Positions 36,120 to 49,399 of a stretch of DNA of 64,000 bases are shown here, in pieces (within the stretch, counting starts at the first letter, position 1; every line of letters starts with the position of its first letter). The stretch is from Octopus bimaculoides. Its lineage: Eukaryota. The stretch is taken from contig NC_068984.1 of assembly GCF_001194135.2 (NCBI RefSeq), forward strand, positions 17,007,944-17,071,943, in the 5' to 3' direction. The notes beneath the pieces were generated by a model, which made no database searches, was not told where the DNA came from, and was given only the letters and a program-made list of their open reading frames with translations. Both the position numbers and the translations under genes were made by a program.

Positions 36120-39100
36120 CAGCTTCATCAACAAATATTGCAATCGTGCTAGCTGATGAAGAGCTTCATCAGATAGCACTGACATCAAGTGTAATGATAT
36201 TGCCTTTGTTGGAATTCTCAAGAGCAATAGATCAGGCTGTACAGAAGCCATTAGAGAGGGGAAAGTGAAATAGATGAACAAGATTGAAGAGATTGTCATT
36301 CTTGGAGACACACTGTGGTAATTTCCCAAAGATTGCAATAAATCCTACAGGATGAGACAAATTAAAGAGTTAGGTAAGGATAGAGACTAGCTCTACACTG
36401 CACTGTTTAAAAGAAATGAGATATTGCCAATGCTGAGGGCTTTGTTAGTTTGAAGCAGCAACTAGAGATGCTTCTGTACTTGGCAAGTAAATTGTAATGG
36501 AACTATTGGAGGTGGTAGAGAAGCCAGGTTGTAACAAAGACACTATATGAGCTACAGGACCTTACATGCTCCAAAACAGAGGTTAACAAGCAGTTGATGG
36601 ACTTTCTTTTGAGTCAATGATCATCATCAGTGCATTTTGGGTCCAGCTGGGGACTATTTAAAGCAAATTATTTGGCTAATTTCACCCAACTATGCTGTTA
36701 TTAGGTTAAGATAGACAGAATCCATTAGTGGAATTCTACAGCCTGGATAAATTTCCAAGAATCATCATCACCATTTTATGTTCATTCCCCACACTGGCAT
36801 CAGGTCATCATGGTCTGAATCATTTCTTATTGGGATCCACTGTTCCCACAGAATGATAATCAGGAGTATCATTTGGCTTGGTTTCTATGGAATGGATGCC
36901 TTTCCAACCACCAGCCACTTTCTCATGACACCAACCCTAAAGAGATGAAACAAACTTTGGCAAGACAGGACTAAAAGGAACTGAAAATCCTATGCTTTCT
37001 CTACCCATTTGCCAACCACTTTAAGTGTGTGGTGAGTACATTGTATGTGGAACCAGCACTAGAGAGGTTGTCTTGCCCACTTGTTGCTCTGGAGGTAATG
37101 TGATTTGTCAGCTTTTCATTGGGGCACCAGCAAGGGAGGCAAGGGTATTGTGCAGAAGAAATGTGTAAAGTGCTCAGGAACCTAAGACATGTAGACCAAG
37201 GAGGGGAAATAGGGATGCAGAAAGAGAGGCCAGAAATAGATGAGGGGGAATGAGCGTCATATTTCTATTCTATAAGCCTTAATCTATTTTAGGGTTGAAT
37301 AATTGATTTCAAGAAATGTTATTAAGCATTTAAACAATAAACCATGCAAATAACTAAATTTACAAACATATTCAACTCATGCTAAGAAACAAATAAGAAA
37401 AAAAAAATTACCAGAAAATATTTATTTTTCATTTAATTTTTTTTTTTTTCATGTTTGTTAATATCCTTACTGTTAAGATTTGATAAATTATTTCACACAC
37501 CAGTGAAAAAAAAAATTGCATCTATATTTTGTTTTGACTAATATTTCTAATCAGCAATATTTACCAATGAGTCATTAATTAGCCCTAATGACTTCAGAGG
37601 AAGTAGATGTGATGTTCATGCTTTTACACTTTTAATGTGAGATGAATAGCTACAATAGAAAACTGAGTTACTGACTCGGTTCAATCTGTTCTGAGTAATT
37701 TTATTTAAATTACTCAGCATTTCAAAACATGTGCTGTGAAAATATTTTGTTGCAGGTATTTTATCAAATGTTTTAGTTATTGATGTAAGGAAGCAGCGAA
37801 CTGGCAGAATTGGTAGCATATCAGACAAAATGTTTAACAGCATTTCTCCTGGCTCTTTATGTTCTGAGTTCAACTCGAACCAAGGTCAACTTTATCTTTC
37901 ATCCTTTCAGGATTAATAAAACAAAGTGCGAGTCATTCACTGGGGTCAATGTAATCAACTTGCCCACTACCTTCAAAATTGTTGGTCATGTGACAAAATT
38001 CAAAAGAATTACTGATATAAGGAAGAAAAAAAAAAGAGAAAAAAAACAAACCAAAATTCAGATATACCATTAAACTAATCCAGTACTAAACCAGTCTTGA
38101 AGTTTCTTAATTTCTAAGTTATGTTCTTAATCCATAACCCTCTAATGTGTGTCCAGCAGTATCATGGAGAAAAAAGACAATCCTGAAAAATGAAACATAT
38201 TCCAGAAGACTTTGCTTGAAATGTTGTTTGTAATTGTGACTCTTTAAAATAGGAAACATAAATTTATATGAAATCAGTAGAGGAGCCAAGTGGTATTTAG
38301 CTCAGGTTTTGCAGTAATTTATCTAAGCCTTGAGTGTAGAATAGCCACTTATGATTTTATTAAAAGTAAACTAAGGCAAAAATCCTCACAGAAGGTTAAT
38401 ACCATCTTCATTAAAAGTATAAAATTATGTACCTCAATGTCTAGGAAAGAAACTAAGGATTTATACAGGTGGCAATTTGTAATTATTTTACTATGATTAA
38501 AATAAGAATACAGGTGAATAATTGGTAGGATTGCAATATTTATATCTACTATTTGATTTGTCTGTGAAAATGAATCTGATAAACTGAGACAGCAATTTTT
38601 TGCACTCTTCTCATTGCAAATAAAATGCAATGCTAATTTCAAGTGCAATGATTTGTAATCAATAAAAGACAATAAAACTTTGTTCAATGAATTACTTCAG
38701 AAACACGAAATATCTCATAGGCCTTACAGAATGTCGGATAATTTAATGGTAGATTCTAGCTGTTTTAATTATTTGAATGAAAGGCATGAAATAAATTTCT
38801 AAGATCAGTGTGAATATGGATACATAAAATCAAAAGCTGGAAATGTGTAATTGAACATAGCAAAATATACAACACAATTTATAGTTCAATTTTGTTTTAT
38901 TGGTTACAATTACTTTTTCCATTAAAAAATAATTAACCCCACAGAGAAAATAATGGAGAGGGGAAATCAATAAGAGGGTTGGTGGAGCCATGATATGCTG
39001 GAACATATACCATTGAAAGGCATCCTAAGGGAAATTGGTAGCAGACAGATCAATAGTCACAGAGCTTCTTAATACAGGAAAAAAAAAAATGAAGTAAAAT

Positions 39101-41346
39101 TGTTAAGAAAGACTAATTTGGGAAAGAAAAATGTCAAGGTAGGGAAAGGTAATGCTTCTTCCATTCTTCCACACATACTCACTCTTTTGTTCTCTTTCTC
39201 TCATTTACGCTTCCCCCCCTCTCCACTTGTTAGTTGCCTACCTTTGATTATTATATTGTATGAAATATTTTTTTTTTGTCCATGGAATAAATTTTTTTTT
39301 ATTAAAAAAAAATATATATACTTGCATTTGTCATCTCCATGTTAAAAGTTAATAGCTTTCTAAATATTTCTTGGAATTGACACAGACTGGGGACAGAGCA
39401 AGACTGCAACAGTTCAATGTGCATATAATGCAATATCACACCATAACAAGGTATGTTCATCTACTAAGAACAGTTTAATAAAATAATAGAGAAATATTTG
39501 GAATGCAACTGGCCTCTGGATAAAACAAATGCAATATTTTAAAAGTATTTGTGCATTAGACACTCACCTTCCTTTCACAGATTCGCTAACATTGCAACAA
39601 GCATTTTCTTCCACATTTAATGAAAAGGTTTTTCTTAGAAACTTGGTTGGAGAATATTACTAATCCCCTTATTGCTATTTTACAACATTCCTACTACAAA
39701 TGTAACAGTATTGTCTGTTGTATGTCCATATAACTATATTGGAGGCAGTGGGTGGGTTTTCAAAATTAACAGGGATAATTATTCAGTTCATGTCATGTTT
39801 AAATACATTATTGTTTAATGATCAAACTGAATGTAACGGAAGGGACAATAGTTTAGATATGACTTGAACTAATCGTTTAAATTTTCTTTTTACTTTATTA
39901 GACTTTGTAGCCAATGCTACTTCATTTAAAATTAACTAAATATCAACACACATGCAAATTTGTTAGTCATGGAAAATAATCAGGAGGTGGGAGATTTGTT
40001 TTAATTGCAATAATTAAAAAAAAAATAAATAAAGGTAATATCAGTAGTTTTAAATCATTTGGTCATTAATGTTTGTAACTAAAGAATCGACTAAATTACT
40101 CTTAGCTTTCACCGATGCTACTTGTATAGTTACCACAAACCATCATTTTAATATTTTTCTCTTTTTTTCCATGTTGGCAATGGGTTGGACGGGTTTGCAA
40201 TACATTCTACCAAATATTTAAATAAGTTGATTTAGCATTGCAAATTGATATTATAACATTTAAATGAACAGCTCAGAACACAAAGCCAAATGTACCTCAG
40301 CATTGTAGACAAATAAAGTGGCTTTAAAAACAAAACCAAAAAGAAAAAAAAAATCCTATTATTTTATAGAATTATTTCTCAGCTATAAAAAAGCAATATT
40401 TTGTCAAATTATGTTTCCTTTTGTGATATTTAATTCAACTGTTTAATTACCATCAACAGAACAGGAATACCAGAGTTTATAATTCTAAAATTTTGTATTA
40501 TTAGAGAGAGAGAGAGTTGATTGGGTGTTTACAATATTGAAACCATAGAGAAAATATAAAGCTATATAGGTCACATATTATTATTATTATCATTATTATT
40601 ATCATTATCATTATTGTTATTATATATATNNNNNNNNNNNNNNNNNNNNNNNNNNNNNNNNNNNNNNNNNNNNNNNNNNNNNNNNNNNNNNNNNNNNNNN
40701 NNNNNNNNNNNNNNNNNNNNNNNNNNNNNNNNNNNNNNNNNNNNNNNNNNNNNNNNNNNNNNNNNNNNNNNNNNNNNNNNNNNNNNNNNNNNNNNNNNNN
40801 NNNNNNNNNNNNNNNNNNNNNNNNNNNNNNNNNNNNNNNNNNNNNNNNNNNNNNNNNNNNNNNNNNNNNNNNNNNNTTTTTTTTTTTTTTTTTTGTAACC
40901 AGAAAATGATTGTAAATGGCTGTAAAGTTAGTAAAGATCCAGTACCGTTTTATTTTTTTTTGTTGTACTCTCAATAAGCAGATGTGCCAACACTTTCATA
41001 TCAAAACGACACACGCACAGAACCACACATACAAACACATGTACATAGAGGTAGCTGTCAAAATAGATTTATAGAAGCCAAGCAATGTTCTATTGCTGTG
41101 TAGGGAAGATTAAGTCATCAACTAATAGTTCATACGTTAAAGCCACCAAGCTTTAAAACAAAGCGTGGTGTTTTCATATAACCCCCTTTACAAACATTAC
41201 AGAAATAACTCCTGCACCTGTAACTACATTGATACCAAAGAGTGCATGGGGGGGCATGTTTATAGCAAACAAAATGTTGTTTAAAACTTCATGTTGTTCC
41301 AAGTGTAAACAACAGATCTGATTTGATTATATATGTGTGTGTATAT

Positions 41347-41391
<45 letters not shown>

Positions 41392-41411
41392 GTATACATA
41401 CACACACACAC

Positions 41412-41450
<39 letters not shown>

Positions 41451-42089
41451 CCTATATGTATATTATATATGTGCATACATATGCCTATACTGAATTTAGA
41501 AATGGGAGAGAAATGTGCTCAAAGCATATAGTAGAGTTTATTCATTAATTTGATACTAAGGCTTCTCTCAGTTTTCCTGTTTCCAATTTTGTTGCTGCGA
41601 AAAACAGAAATGGGTCACAGAAGTGATGGAATGAAGCCTTAACTTCAAATAAAATGAATACACACATACACATATATATGCAATATGTATGTATATATGT
41701 GTGCGTGTGTGTGTATACATACATACATATATATATATAGATGTATGTATGTGTAAATTTTACAAGGGAAAAGTTGATAATGTCTCCGAAGTTTTGGCTT
41801 GCCATATTATCAGACTGACTGTTTGATGATGGGAAGTGAACTAAAACTTTGAAGTCACTGTCAACCATTTTCTGGTAGAAATTAATATAATACTCTACAA
41901 AAAAAGTATTGAATGATCTCTCAATCTTATGTTCAGTGGTGTATGTGTGTGTATATATATATCTACACACACACACACACATATGTGTGTGTGTATATAT
42001 ATATATATGCATACATACACACGCACACACATATATGCATACATACACACCTCTATATGTGTGTGTGTGTGTATGGTTAGGGTGTTGTG

Positions 42090-42330
42090 TTGGGCTCACA
42101 ATCATTAGGGCCTGGCTTTGATTCCTGAACTGGGTGGCATGTTGTGACCTTGAGCAAGGCACTTCTCTTCACATTGATTTTGTCCACTCAGCTGAAAATG
42201 AGTGCCAACAGCAGCTGGGGTGAGAGTAATCCTGCAATGAACTGGCATCCCTCCTGTTCAGTTGGAAATCCTGTATTCTAAGTCACTTAAACACATCAGA
42301 AACCAGGATAAGCTCCGGTTTAACAAACCT
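42090..42330 (+). mobile_element. Degenerate tRNA/CORE-like SINE
   Basis: TGATTCCTG...GTGACCTTGAGCAAGGCACTT...GTCCACTCAGCTG.AAATGAGT. Confidence 0.55.
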
Positions 42331-42376
42331 ATAGGCTTAAGAATAGACTTCATATATATATGAATATATATGTGTG

Positions 42377-42426
<50 letters not shown>

Positions 42427-43615
42427 TTCACACACAATTCTACATAGATATACACGCACACACACAGGCATATACATGCATACACATACACACAAACTAT
42501 CATTGTAGTTATATTTTGCATGTTTTATTTCTTATACAAAGTAAAGAACCATAATGAATCCGGCTACTTTTTTTTTTTCACCTTGAAGAACAGAATTTAT
42601 CAATTTATAAATTATTGCTGCTGCAGCTGATACCATCCCATTTCAATGTCTGCCTTTTGTTTTATTAATTTTTGTTTGATTTTTTTTCTTTTGTTTGTTT
42701 ACTTTTGTACACTTTAAAGTTGAAAGCAACTTATAACAGGGGGAAAGAATTTGACTTTAGGAAATGCCCATTTTATATAAGATGTCATATTCCTCCAATA
42801 TAGGTTGTGTTCCTCCATTATAAGAAGTTGTACTCCTCGAATAAAAGAAGCTGTATTCCTCCAATGCTGTACTCCTCCAGTATAAAATTTCAGAGTTTAA
42901 ACCTAGTTGAGAACCGAGATCTATTTCCACAATTCTGATCAGTGACAATGAATTTATAGTTAGCATTATTTAAAATGTTGCTGACCTAAATATTTCTAAA
43001 GAATTATAGGTAGTATGTCTTTTTGTCTTTTCAGGGAAGGAAAAGGGTTAAAAAAAAAAATTCCAAACAATTGCTGAACTGGATTAAAAATAAGTCACTG
43101 CAATATTTTTTTTTTTTAAATATGTGAATTGGTAGATGTTTTTTGTTTCTGTTTAAATAAGAGAAAAATGTAAGGACAGACGAAATCATCTTTTAAATAG
43201 TTTTAGTACATCATAAAATAATATTCCTAACTTAATGTTCCAGACAGCATATATATATATATATATATTGTAAAGACACTCTTGCTCCATATTCCATATC
43301 TGAATTTTGTAGATGTGTGTAGGTATGTAATAAATTTTACACTTTGTTTTGAACCAACAGTTTTTGAACCAGAAATTTTCATTTTCATTTTCATATGACA
43401 GTCACATCTTCATTTTTGTTTAGTTTCTTTGAGCTTGTTACAGCATGCAGGAATTGGACCCTGCTACACACACAGAGGAATGCAGGCATATACACAGACA
43501 GGCACACACACACACATGCTCTTCACTTTTATTATAACTAATACAAAGTTTAGATTAAAATAAAAATGTTACTGATGAGTGTCATATGAAAAGTTCCTGC
43601 AGAAAATAAAACACA

Positions 43616-43662
<47 letters not shown>

Positions 43663-45235
43663 ATAGAGAAAGAGAAATAGAGAGAGAGAGTGTGTATGTG
43701 TGTGTAAGAGGGAAAATGAGAGGTGCATAAAGGTATTTATGAAGAATTTTTCAAGTCTTTTATCTTGAAAAAACAAAGAAAGATAAGCTAATAAAACAAA
43801 ATAATGTCTACATAAGGTCTGTATATTTTAGTGAGTTTTAACAGCTGCAAATGATTTTTCTAGTTTGTAAAATGAATTTTTAATTTTTTTAGTGCTTTTT
43901 TAATGTATGTAGAAATATATAAACATAAATACATACTTTTGTACATACATAGATATGATAGCACACATGAGACTGCGTGAACAGCAGTTTTGTGTACGAC
44001 AATATCTGATAATTGTAGTTAAAGGTTTATAGCTAAGTTTTCATTGGACAACGTTATCTTTGGTTAGACTTTTTCAAATAATTAGTTTCAATGAAAAGTG
44101 ATTTTTAAAACTTGACATTATGACTCTGATTAACCTTAATTAGATATCTACACAAAATTAAATGAAAAGATGCTTTTAAAGTGATGGTCTTTATTGATTG
44201 AAATGAGATGCCCCACACCAAAGAATTAAGTTTTGCATAGGGGATTACCTAAAAAGACTTCAAATATACTAGCAAAATTATTAAATTACAATCCAATGAC
44301 AATATACTAATCTGAGGAAATATGAAAATTAGAATATTCAATATAATTCTCAGCATCTAATACATGAAAAAGGATTTATATGTAATTTAACCCTTCATCA
44401 TTCATATTTGCCAGGTTCATGGCAGCAAATGTTTGTGCGAACCATATGTAACTACCATCACTAACAAACAAGAAATTATGTATTTTGTCTTACTGTCATC
44501 ATTGTCTTATAAACAGACCAACATTGTTTATACCATTAACCATTAGTATTGTGAATGCTAAAGGGTTAAATTGTGTGTGTGTGTGTGTCATTTAAGAATT
44601 TGAAAAATGATAGAAATTCTTATTAATATTATTTGTTAAGTATTTTACTGTGTCCTGGCCTAATTAAATACAAATCATCTGGAAGTGCAGGATTAATAAT
44701 TTTGCTTCAGGGTATTCAAGGATTAGCATATTAGTAAGAAATTTAGAAACAATTATAATCAGAGAGAGAGAGAGAGATAGTAGGATATAAGGATCAGAGA
44801 CACTGAACACAGGGACATTGAACCCAGTGGTAAAAGTCAGAAAAAAAAAAAAAAAAATTGGAAATAATAATAATAACAATAATGATGATAATAATAAATA
44901 AAGGCTAGATGCTGGGAATAGCTGTTTTGTTGTCATGAACATTTTAAAAAACACAGGATCAAGAAATAACACCACCATCCAGCAACCATCACCCAGATTT
45001 ATCTAAGTGTTACTGTCCCAAACCACTTCACATGTCTATTCAAAATGTTCTGTACTGCTATTACAAGGAGGACTGAGGGGCCGGGGGAAGGGGCTAATTG
45101 TTTTTTTTGTTGTTATTTTAACCATGAATGTGTATGTGTGTATGCATGTATATATACATACACACACACACACACACACAATGTATACATACATGTGTGT
45201 ATGTGCGAGTGTGTGAGGGCAAAATTTCCGTACTA

Positions 45236-45565
45236 TCATTATCATTTTCATCATTATTATTATTATTATTATTATCATCATTATTATTATTATTATTTTA
45301 TCTACTTTATATACTGCCAAATTATTTGGGAATTGTTCCCTACATTTTCATCTGTTTGCATCAAAATGTTGTGCAAGATCAATGTATGTCTAAGAATTTC
45401 AATGCAATACCACCAGCGACAGTAGTAATAATAGTAATAATAGCAGTAGTAGTAGTAGTAGTAGTAGTGGCTGCAACAGAGACCATTGCTGTCTAGGTGG
45501 CAGCAGTAGCAGTAGTAGTAGTAGTGGTAGTAGAATTAGTAATGATAATAATAATAGTAATAGTA

Positions 45566-45620
<55 letters not shown>

Positions 45621-45641
45621 TTAACAACAAAACCAACAACA

Positions 45642-45684
<43 letters not shown>

Positions 45685-45690
45685 TGTTAC
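45236..45690. repeat. Compound trinucleotide microsatellite cluster (ATT/ATC, AGT, AAT, AGC) in the SOS 3' UTR region
   Basis: Seen directly, 0.5-0.9 kb downstream of the SOS stop. Confidence 0.9.
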
Positions 45691-46169
45691 AGCTGTGAGG
45701 TACTCCTGCCGTCTGGGCAGCAGCAAGTAGTACGAGTAATTATTGTAAAAGATGATAGTGTTATTTAACAGGAGTGACTGCAGCAGATGCAACCGTGCTA
45801 TCATGTCAGCAGTTGTATTAATTAGCAGAGACAACAGTTTCAGCTGTGCCGTTCATGTTACAGCAGCAGCAGCAGTAGTTTTGTCCAGTGACAGCAGCCA
45901 GGAGAAGCAAGCAAGACTTGAACGATGGGGGGGCTGTTGAAAGTGTATGCTTGTGAAACAGCAAATTGTTTGTGCCAGATTTCCATAAAGATTTGTTCTC
46001 TCTTCATCTGTCTGTGTATTATTTTAAAACTGTTTCTTTTAAGTAGCATTATTTCTGTTTCTTTGTTTGTTTGTTGTTTTTTTTTTGTTTTGTTTTAATG
46101 GATCATTCCAAGGTGGTTGGTTAGCAATCCAGCTCTTTCTTGACTCAATGGAGGGAAAAAGAACTGGCA

Positions 46170-46615
46170 TCAATTTGAGCTGATTTGTTGCCAACTGGGT
46201 ATATGTTTGTATGTCTTAGGAGGCAGTTCTGGAATAGTGTTATCACCGTTAACATTGAAATCATTTGAACTGGTATAGTTCCGCTCGGAATTCCGCTCTG
46301 GAGGGGTGGTGTTGTAGTGGGGGTGGCTGTGTGGTCGAGACAAAGGCATGCTCTGTGCTAGTGTTAATGTCCCATAGCCCACATCCCTGCGAGGTGGAAC
46401 AGGTGGGGGTATGCTATCACGATTGTCCCTGGGAGGTAGAGAAGGTGGTTCAAGGGCCATTGATGAACTTGACATATTAGGCACATAGTCCAAGATAGAA
46501 GACACAGAGTCTTTGCCTCGCTTTCTTGGAGGCAATGGAGGAGGCAGAATAGGTGGAATAGGTTCTTCTTGAGGAGAGTTCAAAGACATTATATTAAAAA
46601 CAGGGTTGAGATTTC
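46170..46615 (-). CDS. SOS: SOS terminal coding exon (proline-rich SH3/GRB2-binding tail)
   Basis: PPLPPRKR, PPSLPPRD, PPPVPPRR, PELPPKTY (human SOS1 ends ...PPVPPR...PKLPPKTY). TTTGCAG acceptor, phase 1, stop at 46170. Confidence 0.92.
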
Positions 46616-46701
46616 CTGCAAAAAAAAAAAAACGGACAAACAATTAGTAGAAGGTTAAATACAGATTTACAAGTTTTATTATAAAATCTGAGAAAAAGAA
46701 A

Positions 46702-47040
46702 CATCATCATCATTTAACGTCTGCTTTCCATGCTAGCATGGGTTGGACGATTTGACTAAGGACTAGCGAACCAGATGGCTACACCAGGCTCCAATCTGAT
46801 CTGGGAGAGTTTCTACAGCTGGATGCCCTTCCTAATGCCAACCACTCCGAGAGTGTAGTGGGTGCTTTTATGTGTCACCAGCATGAGGGCCAATCAGGCG
46901 GTACTGGCAACGGCCACGTTCAAAATCGTGTTTTTTACATGCCACCTGCACAGGAACCAGTCCCGCGGCACTGGTAATGACCTCGCTCGAATGTTTTTTT
47001 CACGTGCCACTGGCACGGAAGCCAGACAGCTGGTCTGGCA
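46702..47040 (-). mobile_element. (GAT)n-tailed SINE
   Basis: Family 3' end in reverse plus subunits. Confidence 0.8.
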
Positions 47041-47747
47041 ATGAACAATCATATGAATTGGACATCACAACATAAAGTAAAAAATTATGATTTAACTCAT
47101 CATCATCATTTTAATGTCCACTTTTCCATGGTTGTATGAACCAGAGGGAGTTTATTAAGACAAACTTTCTATTGCTGGATGCTCTTCCTGTTGCAAACCC
47201 TCACTTGTTTCTAAGCAGGGAAAAGGGTAAAGAACGTCTTTGGTCATGAATGACCATAGGATTGCACCTAGAAAGTTCTCCTTCAAAGCACAAGTCAAGG
47301 CAAGTTTGTTTTTGAAAGACCAGCGGTCGCCCATGCATGCTAGTCTCCCCTCTCCATGCCTTGATGTTGTCCACTAAGTAATGTGCTTTCACATGCATGG
47401 TAACATTTTTCTCATGCCAGGTATGTTTACACAGAAATTTAGAAATGAAGAACACTGCTGTATGACAATGTCATCACACAATCTCAAGATAAGGATACAC
47501 CAACACACACAAAATGGGTTTCTTTCAGAAGACACTTGCCCAAGGTGCCATGCAGACCTCATGATTGATAAGAAAGCTACTTAAACATACATCCACATCT
47601 GTGCCTGCTTTAGCCATTTCAATTATATTTGTTACAAAAGAATAACAATGAACAGTCTTAACCAATAAATTATCAAAACAAATTATGAAATGAAGCAAAA
47701 AAGAAACCAACATAAGATCACATAGAAATTAAAAACTTCATGCACAC

Positions 47748-47982
47748 CTGAGACAGATAGTGAATTTGCAAAGCTGTAACTTCCATCTGTAGTTGTAGGG
47801 GTGAGTGGAGTGTTTGGTGTTGCTGGGGGAGTATGTTGTTGTATCAATTCAGTGTCTTCTTCATTGACTCGCTGGTGGCCAAATGGAACAAAATTGAATG
47901 TATGACTGCGGGTTGTTGTGTTGTGACGGTTAGACTGCGGTTTGATTCCAGGAGATTTCAAATTAAAATCAGTTTTTCTTGG
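47748..47982 (-). CDS. SOS: SOS exon (post-CDC25 region)
   Basis: PRKTDFNLKSPGIKP...PPATPNTPLTP (human LKSPGVRP...PNSPRTPLTP). Phase 0 to 1, GTGTGC donor. Confidence 0.85.
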
Positions 47983-48155
47983 CTGGTTAATGAAAAAAAA
48001 AAAAAACATTTAAATTAAACTGTATCACATACATTTTTATAGCAATAGAGGCTAACTCTAAAATTAAAAAAAAACAAAACAAACAAAAACCACACACACA
48101 GTCAGTAGTAGTCTGGTTGGTATAAATGTATTTATATTTTAATATGAACAAACTT

Positions 48156-48614
48156 GAGGTGTCAAGCTGGCAGAAACGTTAGCACGCCGGGCGAAATGCT
48201 TAGCGGTATTTCATCTGTCTTTACGTTCTGAGTTCAAATTCTGCCAAGGTTGACTTTGCCTTTCATCTTATCGGGGTCAATAAATTAAGTACCAGTTGCA
48301 TATTAGGGTTGATCTAATCGACTGGCCCCCTCCCCCAAAATTTCGGGCCTTATGCCTAGAGTAGAAAAGAATATTTGTTGATGAAGCTGCCTGTGATCCA
48401 ACTCTAATGTACTCCAAGGTTTATTTGTCCTTCATACTCTTCCTTCTGTGCATTAATGACAAATGTACTTCTATCAATGCTCTTTCTCTAATCTAGAGGA
48501 TACCATTCCCATTAGTAGGAGTTGATAAATTAAGTACCAGTTGTGTACTGGGTCAATCTAATTGACTGGCACCCTCACAAAATTTCGGGCCTTGTGCCTA
48601 GAGTAGAAAAGAAC
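48156..48614 (+). mobile_element. Composite insertion: Meta-like SINE, 153-bp transduced flank, second SINE 3' half
   Basis: Flanked by ATGAACAAACTT at 48144-48155 and 48615-48626. 48370-48522 is the reverse complement of 35766-35918 with 6 mismatches. Confidence 0.8.
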
Positions 48615-48989
48615 ATGAACAAACTTTTAGACACCCAACCAACAATAATAATATTCTTGGATTTTAGTCCATGGACTTGATGGCACACATGGATATGTAA
48701 TTTTACTAGGTATTCATAGATGGTCATTCAACGTATATTCGAAGTTAAAATTGAATATTCCAAGGCCTGTATTTTGGTAACATAATAATAATAATAAAAA
48801 AAAGCAGTTGTGAATGCACTAAAGCTATTGTAAATCATATGCTTAAATAAAAATAATTTTAGAAAATGACTCTCCCCAGACACAACAGAATATGCTTCAA
48901 CACATGAACTCACATAAAGAATCTTGCAAACCAAATCCAAAAACGATAAAGAAAACTAATGTTTGAACTTTTCTCACTATCTCGTATAT

Positions 48990-49297
48990 CAGTGCTACTC
49001 AAAAGTGGTGGTCCGCGGACAGGTGACAGTCCACGAGCCATCAACTGCTGGTACGCGGCGAGTTTCCAGAAAAGAAAGAAACATCATAAAATACTTATAA
49101 AATGCTTATGTAATATTGCTTTATTTGTTTACTAAATAAACATGATAAAAAAAATTGTCAACTTTTATTATATTCATTATATATATTGTTTCTGGTATAA
49201 ATTAAAATGATTAAGAAATATTACCAGTCCCTGGCACATTGGAAAAAAAAGCAAAAAAACTGCTGGTACGTTTTTACAGATAGTTTGAGATGCACTG
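48990..49297. mobile_element. hAT/Charlie-like MITE
   Basis: Termini CAGTGCTACTCAA and TTGAGATGCACTG form an imperfect TIR; subterminal GGTCCGCGGAC. No clean 8-bp TSD. Confidence 0.6.
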
Positions 49298-49399
49298 TCT
49301 GCATCACTGAATATCCCATACTGAGTCAAATACAAGAATAATAAGCACTTAATTACAAGATATATTTGCACACCTTAAAATCATCAATTTCTGAAGATA

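Larger units (their letters stand above)
34800..36400 (-). mobile_element. Decayed L2/Crack-like LINE RT region interrupted by younger SINEs
   Basis: Minus frames give NIITLDVSA (motif-A-like), ILFLLCIND (LF.LYIND-like) and QLLILYKAQV...HIW (L.LYKAQIRP.LEY..HIW-like). Confidence 0.6.
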
